The notes: a model not told the origin generated them from the sequence alone. A stretch of 64,000 nt of DNA from Candidatus Micrarchaeota archaeon (GCA_027334165.1 DAHWXM010000005.1:955-64954); one strand, 5' to 3'. Positions 25,904 to 35,559 are shown, counted from the first letter of the stretch. Translations and numbers: made by a program.

Positions 25904-27322
25904 TCAGGCGTCCCTGTCCATCCTGTCCTTTATAACGGATACTAGGTCTCGCACAATGCGCCCTTTCTCGTCCTGCGCAGCAAGTTTTATGCCGGATGCG
26001 CTCCTGTGTCCTCCTCCGGCCTCTATCTCTTCCGGATGCCTGTCCTTCATCTCGCCTATCACATCTACAAGGTCCACACGCTCGGCGAGCTCCGCTCCGA
26101 CCCTCACCGATATGTACTTTCCCGAGTGCACTATCAGCACAGCCGGCTTTTGGTCCGTCTCGGTTATCTTGTCAAGGAGCTTGGAGGAGAAACGGCCGGG
26201 TAGCGGGTACTTGGTCTGCTCACTCTTGACTGCTTCGAAGTCGAGCACGTACACGCTTCCTTGCGCTGCGGCATGCTTTTTCATCTGCATCATTGCATCC
26301 CCGATGGCCTCGGAGAGCCGCATCCTCGCGTACGACACGAGCTCACCCATCCTGCCAGGGTCCTGCACCACCTTGTCTATCTCGTACGGCGTTATGCTGG
26401 TTACCGCCGGGCCGAACGCGACCTTGACATCGCTTGTCAGCATGTCAAGAAGAATCGAGAGATCCTCGCCGCCCTCGCTGTCCGCTGCGTATTTGCTGTA
26501 ATCTCCTATCAACGACGCGCTCTCCATGGCAGAAGTGTCGACTCCGGAAAAGGTCTTGCCGAGCATGCATGCCAGAAAACCTGCCGTGTACGCCGAATCT
26601 CCCCCATGAAGCCACGGGTTTACATAGTGCGCAAGCTTCTTTCCAGAGAATTCCTCTACAACGGGGTGATGGTCCAGCCACACTACATCAAACGCATCCG
26701 ATATCCTTCGAATTCCGTCATTACTCTCGGTCGTGGTGCCGAAGTCTATCACTATCAGCAATGGTTTCTCTATAGATGTGTAGCTTCCCGCTATCATGAG
26801 ATCGGTCTCGGCATCGTACCTTCCGTACGATATCCCCGCATGCATGATCCAGACTGTGTTGCCTTTGTTGGCGAAGTGGCCGCTGTTGCTAGAGAATTCG
26901 TTGAGTGACGCAAAGAGCCCATAAGCTCCGCCAGCGCCGTCCGAATCGTTATGGAACCGGACTATTATAGGAGCAGCACAGCCAAGTTTCTTCAGTACAA
27001 GAGCCCCGCATGCCGAGAGCTGCTTCCACAGTGTCTTTGTAACCGTGTCAAGGCCGTCTATCCCTGAAGAGTGTGCCTTCTTTCCTATGCCTCTGTCAAC
27101 AAATTCGTTCAGCCAAGCCGCATGCTCCTTTGCAAGTTCCGCACCGTCCCCTATCTCTGCACTGTGAATCTCCCCCTCGTCTCCGGTGGAGATCGATTCC
27201 CCGGGTTTAAGTGAGAGTGTGCTATCGATGTCCCGAATCACTCCGCCACCGTCGGGAGTCCAGACACTGTAGCTCGCGCTCTCCCCCGCCCTTGCCTTAG
27301 AAGTCAATATCAGGCCTTTCAT
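25904..27322 (-). CDS. DHH/DHHA1 phosphoesterase (archaeal RecJ-like)
   Basis: Motifs FHNDSDGAGGAYGL, VIDFGTT, VVWLDHHP and GGGHRSASG. Confidence 0.8.
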   Translation of the reverse strand: MKGLILTSKARAGESASYSVWTPDGGGVIRDIDSTLSLKPGESISTGDEGEIHSAEIGDGAELAKEHAAWLNEFVDRGIGKKAHSSGIDGLDTVTKTLWKQLSACGALVLKKLGCAAPIIVRFHNDSDGAGGAYGLFASLNEFSSNSGHFANKGNTVWIMHAGISYGRYDAETDLMIAGSYTSIEKPLLIVIDFGTTTESNDGIRRISDAFDVVWLDHHPVVEEFSGKKLAHYVNPWLHGGDSAYTAGFLACMLGKTFSGVDTSAMESASLIGDYSKYAADSEGGEDLSILLDMLTSDVKVAFGPAVTSITPYEIDKVVQDPGRMGELVSYARMRLSEAIGDAMMQMKKHAAAQGSVYVLDFEAVKSEQTKYPLPGRFSSKLLDKITETDQKPAVLIVHSGKYISVRVGAELAERVDLVDVIGEMKDRHPEEIEAGGGHRSASGIKLAAQDEKGRIVRDLVSVIKDRMDRDA

Positions 27323-27354
27323 TCCAAACCCTGCTCAAAACGCAGCCTGCCGTC

Positions 27355-28515
27355 TCAAGGGATCTGCTGCGGTGTAGAATTAAGTATGTTGCTCTGATTG
27401 ATAATCATGTATGCCTGGCACGCCTGATTGGCGGTTGCGTTGCCTATGTAAGAGCAATAGCTGATGTTCTTGTAATTGGATGCCAACGCCGTATAGCAGT
27501 TGTACGATGCGTTTCTGCCCAGCGTGCCGCACAGCGTCGCATTCTTGGTGCTTACCGCCCGTATGATGTTCACTGTGTCGTTGCAATTGCTATAGTTCTG
27601 CCCGCTGCTCAGGCACGCAGAGAGTATGCTAGTGTAATTTGCCTGTTCGTGTACCGTGGCATTTGCGGCAGCCTGCTGTGCAACTGCAACATTGCAGCTG
27701 CTTTCAAGAGTCGAATTTGATATACCCGCACAACTTTCATTGTTGCTGTACTGGGTGGCTACGGACAAGTAGCAAAGGTCCCTCGCGCTGTAAGCGGCGG
27801 AATTCCCAAACGACATCAGCATGAGATAATAATCCACACTATCGTACGCCCTGGAGTAGTTCAGCAGGTTCACCCTCTCCATTATCGCACTCACTATTCC
27901 AGCATCCGGGCTGGAGGTCACGTTGCCGCAATACGCGTTCCGCCCGGTGCCTAGCGCATTTCCGAACCATATAGAAGAGTAACACACCGTCCTGTTATTC
28001 AGAGAGAGGAGGCTTCCACACAGGCTCATGTTCTGATTAGAACTGGCAATCTGCATGATGCACCCGTCCCTGTATCCTCCATTCAAGCCGCTGCAGGCCT
28101 TGTATGAGTTTGTTGCAGATGCGATCTCGCTAACGCACCCAGCGGTCAGGTTGGAATCGCTAATCTTATAGCAAAGGCTCGTGTCGTTAGTGCTCTCTCC
28201 TATGGCCATGTAACACGTTGCAACGTTGCCCTGCTGGGAAAGCATTCCGCATACGCTGCCGTTCTGCGTCGCTAGTGCGAGGTTATACAAGCACTGCTCC
28301 CTATCCCCTGCCACAGGAACGCTCTCGCACCTGTGGAGCTGGGACCCCCTTGGCACAAGAAGCACGGACACCGCGGCGAGCACCATCAGGATACCAACTA
28401 TGACGGCAAGCAGTCTCAACCTTTCCGACGCGCTGTGCTCTTCCCCGTTTTTTTTCTCCACTGCCATCCAAAAATCACTGTCCAATTCAATAAGGCGCGA
28501 TGTCCTCCGCGGCAA
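27355..28515 (-). CDS. membrane-anchored extracellular Cys-paired repeat protein
   Basis: An N-terminal TM helix (LLAVIVGILMVLAAVSVLLV) is followed by more than 10 units of C-x10-13-C-[YIV]-x3-[IAL]A-x6-9-[SL]-x-C. Many N-x-S/T sequons are present. An alternative start lies at ATG 28467. Confidence 0.6.
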   Translation of the reverse strand: MPRRTSRLIELDSDFWMAVEKKNGEEHSASERLRLLAVIVGILMVLAAVSVLLVPRGSQLHRCESVPVAGDREQCLYNLALATQNGSVCGMLSQQGNVATCYMAIGESTNDTSLCYKISDSNLTAGCVSEIASATNSYKACSGLNGGYRDGCIMQIASSNQNMSLCGSLLSLNNRTVCYSSIWFGNALGTGRNAYCGNVTSSPDAGIVSAIMERVNLLNYSRAYDSVDYYLMLMSFGNSAAYSARDLCYLSVATQYSNNESCAGISNSTLESSCNVAVAQQAAANATVHEQANYTSILSACLSSGQNYSNCNDTVNIIRAVSTKNATLCGTLGRNASYNCYTALASNYKNISYCSYIGNATANQACQAYMIINQSNILNSTPQQIP

Positions 28516-29221
28516 ATATCCTGAACCCCGCAGGGGTTATCTCGTACGGCGTGGTCACGAAGCTGTGCTTGCTGCCTCGTATCTTCAGTATTTCGGTGGC
28601 CAGCATCCTTTTGGATTCCTCTCCTGTCTGGTACAGTGCGATTATGCCGTCAAATATGAAGTATTCTGGCTTGAACACGAGCTTGTGTCTCTCCGGTGAC
28701 TCCATCTCCGTGGTCATTATGGATGTGACCCCGAGCCTGCGCATGCTCAATATCAGTGCAAGCATGTACTTTCTGTAAAGTGCATCGTCCCGTATGAGCA
28801 TGTTGAACACTGAGAGAGAATCTACCACTACCCTGTTCGCCTTTGTAGACATTATTAGCGACTCCATGTCCGCAAGCACCTTGCCGAATTCGTAGGCCGA
28901 ATGGCCATCGTCAGAAGCTCCGAGTATGCTGTCGGAAGGCGTTTTCCCGTCTATTATCAGCTTGCCGTCCCTTACCAAGTCGTCTATATCGGTTAATTCC
29001 GAGAAAGCCGATTTCACATTCTCGAGTATCCTGGCGGGCTCCTCCTCAAATGCAAATAGTACGCTAGTGTTTCCCATCTTCGCGTTTCTGTAAAGGTATT
29101 CGAATGACATCAATGTTTTCCCTGCGCCTGGACCACCGCTTATTAGGATCTGGCTGGTCTCCGGTATCCCGCCATAAAGCATCTTGTCTATCCCACTTAT
29201 TCCTGTTTGTATCTTGTTCAC
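28487..29221 (-). CDS. KaiC/RadA-like RecA-superfamily ATPase
   Basis: GISGIDKMLYGGIPETSQILISGGPGAGKT (Walker A) and NRVVVDSLS (Walker B). It is a single KaiC-like domain. Confidence 0.8.
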   Translation of the reverse strand: MNKIQTGISGIDKMLYGGIPETSQILISGGPGAGKTLMSFEYLYRNAKMGNTSVLFAFEEEPARILENVKSAFSELTDIDDLVRDGKLIIDGKTPSDSILGASDDGHSAYEFGKVLADMESLIMSTKANRVVVDSLSVFNMLIRDDALYRKYMLALILSMRRLGVTSIMTTEMESPERHKLVFKPEYFIFDGIIALYQTGEESKRMLATEILKIRGSKHSFVTTPYEITPAGFRIFAAEDIAPY

Positions 29222-29296
29222 GATATCCCCGATCTCAATAGTCTGATAATACCTGCAGAGCAGAGTTTTATATAGATATAGCAGAAATCGTTATTC

Positions 29297-30049
29297 ATGA
29301 ATAAAAACCTCCTTATACTTGGCGCCGTAATGCTGCTTTTAGGCATAGTGATAACGTTCGAATCCGGACAGCAGTTCTTCAACGGCCTTGCGAATTCCAA
29401 CTCCTCGCACACCGGGACTCTCGTTCTCGGCAGCGGGTCTACTCTGTACATGAGGATGCAGTTCAACACGTCGATGCTGGTAGTGCTTGCATACAATTCC
29501 ACCAAGGCGATAAATTTCTACCTGACTAACGCGTCCGTCTTCAATGCGCTATCCCAGTTCTTCAATTCAAGCTCCACGCTCGATGCTCGCGCGAAGGCGC
29601 TGCACGGCACCGGCATGCTGGTTATCTATTCAGATAGCGCCCATGGCACCTTTCCTTACCTTCAACAACCGGGCTCAGACCCAACGCCCGAATATTACGC
29701 GCCGAATTCATCCTACTTCCTTCCGGCAGGCACCTTCTATGCGATATTCAGCAATCCAAACCCGACCAACACCACGGTGGTATATTCCATATACAACAAG
29801 CCTTCAAGCAGCATAAACGTGGCCAATTCCGGCAACTTGTTTGGATTTGGAATGTTCAGCAGCGCGCTATCAATAATAGGCGTAATCCTGATCGCGTGGG
29901 CCTTGTTGCAAAAGGACCAATCCGGTTCAGATAAGAACGCGAAAGGCGACGAAGCGATAGAGAGGATGTATGATGAGATAGAGGCTGAACGCACACCACG
30001 CTCGCGTGCCGCCCGGCCAACAAGAAAGAGGGTTAAGGCGGCAAGATAG
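29297..30049 (+). CDS. hypothetical bitopic membrane protein with N-x-S/T-rich ectodomain and basic tail
   Basis: An N-terminal TM helix (LLILGAVMLLLGIVITF), a C-terminal TM helix (SSALSIIGVILIAWALL) and a K/R-rich tail. Confidence 0.5.
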   Translation: MNKNLLILGAVMLLLGIVITFESGQQFFNGLANSNSSHTGTLVLGSGSTLYMRMQFNTSMLVVLAYNSTKAINFYLTNASVFNALSQFFNSSSTLDARAKALHGTGMLVIYSDSAHGTFPYLQQPGSDPTPEYYAPNSSYFLPAGTFYAIFSNPNPTNTTVVYSIYNKPSSSINVANSGNLFGFGMFSSALSIIGVILIAWALLQKDQSGSDKNAKGDEAIERMYDEIEAERTPRSRAARPTRKRVKAAR

Positions 30050-30134
30050 CACAATACCGCCTCGCACCGCTCGCACGACTGTCTAACCCTACTTCGTCAC
30101 ATACCTTTATTAAGGCAAAAACAGTAACAGAATC

Positions 30135-30824
30135 ATGGACAGCCTGCAGGAACGCATAGCTGGAGAGATAACGCTTTCTGACAGTCCAGGCAGCACCATG
30201 AAGAAGTGGAGGGAGCTATTCGGAATATCTCAGATAGAGCTGGCCAAGCACCTCAAGATATCGACATCCACCATAAGCGATTACGAGGGCAATAGGCGGG
30301 CAAGCCCTGGCGTTGGCATAATCAAGAGGCTCGTCACGTCCCTCATAACGATAGACGAGCAACGCGGTGGAGAAGTCATACGAAACCTGGAGAAGTTCGA
30401 CAAGTCAGAAGCCAAGGACCCGTTCTACTTCATACACGACTTCTCCGCGCCTATAAGCGGCATGGACTTCGCCAGGCTGATAGACGCAAAGATAGTTGCA
30501 AACCCCGGATACCTCGACACGATGAAGCTGTTCGGCTACACGCTAATCGATTCGCTGCGCGTTATACTAGAGATATCCCCAAACGAGTATCCCAAGCTCT
30601 TCGGCACCACGAACGAACGCGCATTCGTCTTCGACCAGGTGAGCACCGGAAGATCTCCGATGGTTGTGATAAGGGTTGCGCCGATAAAGCCCCGGCTCGT
30701 CGTGATACAGAACATAGATCAGGTTGACAAGCTAGCGATAAAGATATCGCAGATAGAGCGCATACCCCTGCTCACAACTCGGCTGACGACCGAGGAGGTG
30801 AGGACACGTCTCAACAACATATGA
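30135..30824 (+). CDS. XRE-family HTH transcriptional regulator (COG1395-like)
   Basis: MKKWRELFGISQIELAKHLKISTSTISDYEGNRR, plus the conserved archaeal C-terminal domain. Confidence 0.75.
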   Translation: MDSLQERIAGEITLSDSPGSTMKKWRELFGISQIELAKHLKISTSTISDYEGNRRASPGVGIIKRLVTSLITIDEQRGGEVIRNLEKFDKSEAKDPFYFIHDFSAPISGMDFARLIDAKIVANPGYLDTMKLFGYTLIDSLRVILEISPNEYPKLFGTTNERAFVFDQVSTGRSPMVVIRVAPIKPRLVVIQNIDQVDKLAIKISQIERIPLLTTRLTTEEVRTRLNNI

Positions 30825-30900
30825 CAGCGGTGTCGGGTACTGGCTGGAACACTTAATACTCTTTGCGTCAAATTACACTCTTAGAGCAAAAGCTGATGCT

Positions 30901-31248
30901 ATGATGCCTAACATGGACCCTAGACAACTAAAAAAGATGATGGAGCGCATGGGCATAAGGAGCGACGAGATAGACGCTCAGCGCGTAGTCATAGAGACCA
31001 AGGACGCGGACATAGTCATAGACAATCCGCAGGTAATACGGATAAATGCACAGGGTTCGAGTTCATTCCAGATAAGCGGAGACATCTCGGAACGCGCAAA
31101 GGAGGAAGCCCTTCCTGAAATAAGCGAGGAAGATGTGAAGGTTGTCATGGAACAGTCCGGACTCTTCGATGAGCAGAAAGCGAGGGATGCCCTGCTGGAA
31201 GCGAAGGGCAACATTGCAGAAGCCATACTCAAATTGAAGGGCGCATGA
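30901..31248 (+). CDS. nac: nascent polypeptide-associated complex protein (NAC + UBA)
   Basis: MDPRQLKKMMERMGI...NAC beta-barrel...C-terminal UBA-like KARDALLEAKGNIAEAILKL. Confidence 0.85.
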   Translation: MMPNMDPRQLKKMMERMGIRSDEIDAQRVVIETKDADIVIDNPQVIRINAQGSSSFQISGDISERAKEEALPEISEEDVKVVMEQSGLFDEQKARDALLEAKGNIAEAILKLKGA

Positions 31249-31270
31249 TCTCCAAACGTGCGCAAGACGC

Positions 31271-32941
31271 TCATGCCCCTGTCACGTAAAGCACGTCGGG
31301 CGCACAAATGGCTCTGAAGAATTCCGATGCACGCATCACCCTCACCCTATCCATACGTGCCGCATCATACGCCTTCTCATGTGCGTCGTTCACGATCACT
31401 GTTACCCGCGGATAAATGTTAAGCCTGAACTTCAGCATCTGCAGTGTCTTATCGATGCTCTTCGATCCTGTCTCATACTCGAACGCGATCCTCTCCCTGC
31501 CATAGTATGCGATCACGTCTGGCCCGTACGAGTTGTTGTACATCCTGCTCTCCATGCCAAGCGATCGCAGGTGCCTGCTTATCACGCCTGTGCACACGTC
31601 GTGTTCCGCGCTGTTCCTGTTACCGGATACGTACCATTTTCCATCGTACGCGGATTCGCAGCTAATTCCGTACGACTCGATAGTGCCATCGCGTTTCATG
31701 TCCGCCAACTTCACGTATGTGCTCTCAGCGTCGAAGCCTAATTTTTCCATCGCCACAAGCACCTCCTTTTCATGAGACGCCGTTTCGCACAGCTTCATGA
31801 TCTCGTATTCCAAGCCAGGCCTGCTCTCGTACAGGCGGAACGACACGATGCAAGGGTTCCCGGTTCCGGAGCCATTGACCATTGCGCGGCCCACACCAAG
31901 GCTCCTCAGTCCCTTCTTCACCTCTATGAATCTGTTTAACTCGTTGCCTCCAGACATGAGGTTCGCAAGATAATTTGTCTCTTCGGGTTCCCGCTGACAC
32001 ATGGCAAGGATGACCGAGGAATTGGCTCGTATGTCCTTGTCCACGCTCTTAATGCGCTGCGCTATGGCAACAATTCCTATGCCGTATTTTCGCCCCTCTG
32101 CCGCTATCCTTCCTGCAACGGAGCGCTGGCCTAGCTTCTCCGCTTCATCTATAACCACGTAAAATGCACGTCTATCCTCCTTTCTCATGAGAAGCATGCG
32201 CCCGTACACTTTCCTAATGAAGCTCTCTATGTACACCGCCTGTGCCTCTCCCGTGTGCAAGCCCGACAGAAGGAACACGCTGTTGCCATTCATCACCTCG
32301 TCCATGTTTGCGCTTCTCGAAGCGCTTCCGGTGTCCAGTAGAACCAGCCTTCGCGTGATGCCATCAAGTGTTCTCGACTCCCCCACGCCTGCCTTCGAAC
32401 TAAGCGCCTTGAGAGAATATAGCAGATCGTGCACGTTTGGCGTTCTGCCAGTCCCCGCCATGCGGGCGTACGTGCACATTATGCCCCTGTAAAGCTGATA
32501 GCCCTGCACCTCGCCGAGCCTGAATGCCTTCTTCAGCATGTTGGTTATCTCACTCGCCTTCTCCCGTTCCGTCTTGCCATCAAGCTCGAACGCATTGACC
32601 CCGTTGCGTGCGGCGTCGTAGACCTTTGCGCCCATGTCCTCTGCCATACCCGCATACTCATTGTGCGGATCCAGTATGGCCACATTGGCGCCCTTCCTTA
32701 CCAGATGCCTTACTATTACCCTGCAGGCATTTGATTTCCCGCTTCCGCTCTCCCCGACTATTACCATGTGCGGATTCATTCTCGAATCCAGCCACGGGGA
32801 GAATCCCGTAGACTCTCTCCTCCATTCCCACCTGGGCCTGTCGAAATACACTCTCTTGATCGTGAGCCTGCTATCGACAATACCTACTTCATCACGCTTT
32901 TCGAATAATCTATCCAACAAAGATCCCATTAAAATCACCAT
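31271..32941 (-). CDS. HerA/DUF87-like ATPase fused to wHTH-like and PD-(D/E)xK-like C-terminal modules
   Basis: Walker A is MVIVGESGSGKSN and Walker B is FYVVIDEAEKL. The C-terminus has EKEVLVAMEKLGFDAESTYVKLADMKRDGTIESY (wHTH-like), followed by HDVCTGVISRHL...GPDVIAYYGRERIAFEYETGSKS (D...ExE/T nuclease-core-like). Confidence 0.7.
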   Translation of the reverse strand: MVILMGSLLDRLFEKRDEVGIVDSRLTIKRVYFDRPRWEWRRESTGFSPWLDSRMNPHMVIVGESGSGKSNACRVIVRHLVRKGANVAILDPHNEYAGMAEDMGAKVYDAARNGVNAFELDGKTEREKASEITNMLKKAFRLGEVQGYQLYRGIMCTYARMAGTGRTPNVHDLLYSLKALSSKAGVGESRTLDGITRRLVLLDTGSASRSANMDEVMNGNSVFLLSGLHTGEAQAVYIESFIRKVYGRMLLMRKEDRRAFYVVIDEAEKLGQRSVAGRIAAEGRKYGIGIVAIAQRIKSVDKDIRANSSVILAMCQREPEETNYLANLMSGGNELNRFIEVKKGLRSLGVGRAMVNGSGTGNPCIVSFRLYESRPGLEYEIMKLCETASHEKEVLVAMEKLGFDAESTYVKLADMKRDGTIESYGISCESAYDGKWYVSGNRNSAEHDVCTGVISRHLRSLGMESRMYNNSYGPDVIAYYGRERIAFEYETGSKSIDKTLQMLKFRLNIYPRVTVIVNDAHEKAYDAARMDRVRVMRASEFFRAICAPDVLYVTGA

Positions 32942-33017
32942 TCACATCAAGGCCGTGTTGCAGGGCCTTGCAAAAGGAATAAAAGGAATCGGCAGCACAT
33001 GTTATCCGGCAGGTTGC

Positions 33018-33590
33018 ATGGAGCTTAAGTTCGTAACCACTAACCCGGCAAAGTTCTCTATAGCGCGCCGGATATTGAAACGCTACGGCATACGTGTAGT
33101 TGCCACTCCCATGGACCTGCAGGAGCTGCAGTCAATAGACACTAGGGAAGTGGCGATGGACAAGGCGCGTCAAGTGTCAAGGTTGATAGGGAACACCTCC
33201 TTCATGGTGGAGGATTCGGGAGTCAACATAGACGCGCTGCACGGGTTTCCAGGGGCACTCCTAAAGCCCGTCATCAGCGCCATAGGCGAGGAAGGCCTTC
33301 TGAAGATGATGAAGGGCATGGGAAGGAGCGCGAGATTCATAAATACTGCCGTGCTGTACAACCGCGCCACTAAAAAGTTTCACTCCTTTACTTCCTGTTC
33401 AAGAGGCAGCATAGGTTACTCGATATCTGGGACCAGGATCCCGGGATGGGCCATAGATCGGATATTCGTCCCAGAAGGCGCAGAAAAGCCCATAGCGTCA
33501 ATGACCCCCGGTCAGCGCAGGCAATTTTCAGAAGGGCTGGCGAAGGGGCTGCACTACAATAAGGTGGGCCGCATACTCTCTGGAAAGTAG
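33018..33590 (+). CDS. non-canonical purine NTP pyrophosphatase (Ham1/RdgB/ITPase)
   Basis: MELKFVTTNPAKF...MDLQELQS...FMVEDSGVNIDALHGFPGALLK. I trimmed track ORF 32634 to ATG 33018. Confidence 0.8.
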   Translation: MELKFVTTNPAKFSIARRILKRYGIRVVATPMDLQELQSIDTREVAMDKARQVSRLIGNTSFMVEDSGVNIDALHGFPGALLKPVISAIGEEGLLKMMKGMGRSARFINTAVLYNRATKKFHSFTSCSRGSIGYSISGTRIPGWAIDRIFVPEGAEKPIASMTPGQRRQFSEGLAKGLHYNKVGRILSGK

Positions 33591-33601
33591 CGTTCCGCTT
33601 T

Positions 33602-34441
33602 TCAATTCCTTTCTGCAAGACTCCTTATGAGCGATATCTCGTCCTTCCACGTGACGCTCGCGCATTCCGGGGTCTCAAGTATCAACAGCTTGCGATTCAC
33701 ATCTTTGTACTCGAGCAGCGTCCTGAAACCCCCAACGCCTACGGATCCCATGCCTATGTTGTCATGCCTGTCGTGACGTTCGCCAAATCCGAATTTTGCG
33801 TCATTGACATGGAATGCATGCACCTTTTGTAGGTCCACACGTTCGAACATTTTCACTATCGCATCCTTCTTCCTTATATCATAGCCGGCCTCGAACAAAT
33901 GACACGTGTCAAGACAGAACCCCAGGTTTCCCGACTCCGCGAGCCTCGTCCTTGAGTATATCGTCTCCAAGTCGGACAGGTCTGCGCCTATGCTGTTCCT
34001 GTGTCCTGCCTGATTCTCAAGCAGTATAATTACATCTGCAGCATCTCCAGCTACCCTGTCAAGGGCATCTATCACTCTATCAATTCCAAGGCCGTGGCCA
34101 GCACCCTTGTCGCTTCCAAGATGCGTCACAAGGTAACGTATGCCAAGGTCGTTGCACCTGGCCAGGTTTTCCTTTAGTGACGCGATAGATTTTCTGTGTA
34201 TATCGGGATCAGGAGAAGCTAGATTGGGAAGATACGGCATGTGTGCACACATCGGCACAAGGCCGCTCTGTTCTGCGAGATCAGAAAACTCAGAATCCGC
34301 CGCTTTTTCCCCAGCACTCACGGCCCAGCCCCTTGGATTTGTCACGAAGACCTGCATGGTGTTGCATCCCAACTCCATGGCTCTTTCAACAGAAAAGGAA
34401 ATGCTCCCAGCCGCTGAAATGTGTCTGCCAACTTTTGCCAT
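33602..34441 (-). CDS. nfo: endonuclease IV (AP endonuclease family 2)
   Basis: MAKVGRHISAAGS...NTMQVFVTNPRGW...HMPYLPNLASPD...LVTHLGS...ILLENQAG...CLDTCHLFEAGYD...HVNDAK. I trimmed the start to ATG 34441. Confidence 0.85.
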   Translation of the reverse strand: MAKVGRHISAAGSISFSVERAMELGCNTMQVFVTNPRGWAVSAGEKAADSEFSDLAEQSGLVPMCAHMPYLPNLASPDPDIHRKSIASLKENLARCNDLGIRYLVTHLGSDKGAGHGLGIDRVIDALDRVAGDAADVIILLENQAGHRNSIGADLSDLETIYSRTRLAESGNLGFCLDTCHLFEAGYDIRKKDAIVKMFERVDLQKVHAFHVNDAKFGFGERHDRHDNIGMGSVGVGGFRTLLEYKDVNRKLLILETPECASVTWKDEISLIRSLAERN

Positions 34442-34469
34442 GTGTGACCCCCTTAGCGTAAAACACGCC

Positions 34470-35033
34470 TCAAGACGCCCTGATTTTCTGATACGCGTTT
34501 CTAAAGGCCGCGGCCTCTTCAGTGTCCAAGGCTTCGCTCCGCGCAAACGTGATGCTTGAGAGTACAAATCCCAGTGCATCCACCCGTTCCCCGTTTCCCA
34601 CAATGCTATGTTCCAGTATCTCCTCGGTGCTTCCTGCGAAGTGGTACTTGCCCATGTCCTCTGCCCACGAACCGAACACCCTGCTCATATCCATAAGCAT
34701 CTCCATCGCGTTTACGGCCATCAGGAATCTCCGTAATTCCTCGGCGCGTTCCACTGTCGCACTTTCAGCACCGCTTCCGTTTACAAGCTCCTTTTCATAC
34801 CCGGCGAGCCTGTCCAGTATGCTGTTAGTATTCTCCAGTATCTTGTTTATAAGGAACAGGTTCTCTTCCAGTTCCGGACCCTTCTCGGGCATGACAGGCA
34901 CATAACCAGATATGCCAACGCGGCCGCTCTTCCTTTCCGCTTCCAGTATATCTATCGCTTCGAGCACAAGCTCGTCCTTAATGCGCGTGAGCATATCCTC
35001 ACAAATCAGCCATGCCTTTGCGCCGTCGTCCAT
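34470..35033 (-). CDS. hypothetical helical protein
   Basis: 187-aa acidic, helix-rich ORF co-directional with nfo. I recognise no motif. Confidence 0.5.
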   Translation of the reverse strand: MDDGAKAWLICEDMLTRIKDELVLEAIDILEAERKSGRVGISGYVPVMPEKGPELEENLFLINKILENTNSILDRLAGYEKELVNGSGAESATVERAEELRRFLMAVNAMEMLMDMSRVFGSWAEDMGKYHFAGSTEEILEHSIVGNGERVDALGFVLSSITFARSEALDTEEAAAFRNAYQKIRAS

Positions 35034-35056
35034 AAACCCGTATCTGCTTAGTCCGT

Positions 35057-35473
35057 TCAGGTATAAAAAACTCTGTGCAAAAGGGCTACCAGGCCATGCC
35101 GCATGAGGCCGCAGAGGGGATGGCGGTTTTCGACCGCCACCCTGTATCTCTGCCAGGTGAGTCCGGTATTCGTAACGAATACCTCGATCTCATAGCAAAA
35201 GTGCTTTCCCCCGGCCGCGCCTTCCCTGCATATCCATGCAAGTTCAGCTATCTCGCAGGAGAGTCTGCCGAAGTCCTCGCACGCAACGGACGTTTCCGTC
35301 ACGCCAAGCCTGCTTCCCCATGCGTCTATTGCAGCCGTCAACACCTTGCTCAATCCGTACACCTTTCCCCTATGGTTTACACTCACTCTCATGCCTACAC
35401 CCCGAAACCGGAACCATGCACCCAGGAACAGACCGCCTTTTTTATAGCGCAGGCACCGCTTTCTTAAAATCAT
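35057..35473 (-). CDS. hypothetical protein; possibly a truncated GNAT-like remnant
   Basis: VNHRGKVYGLSKVLTAAIDAWGSRLG resembles GNAT motif A (R.xGxG), but there is too little sequence upstream for a full fold. Codon usage fits this strand better than the overlapping plus-strand ORF 35075..35467. Confidence 0.3.
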   Translation of the reverse strand: MILRKRCLRYKKGGLFLGAWFRFRGVGMRVSVNHRGKVYGLSKVLTAAIDAWGSRLGVTETSVACEDFGRLSCEIAELAWICREGAAGGKHFCYEIEVFVTNTGLTWQRYRVAVENRHPLCGLMRHGLVALLHRVFYT

Positions 35474-35559
35474 TTACTACGGTAAAATATATATACTTTA
35501 TTATCCTTTCATGTACCTAATGAAAAGTATTATATATGAGTCCTGATACGTTATCCATA

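Noticed and set aside
32634-33017. 5' extension of the Ham1 ORF (track 32634..33590)
   Set aside because: The extension is antisense to the HerA-like gene. The Ham1 homology begins at MELKFVTTNPAKF (ATG 33018).
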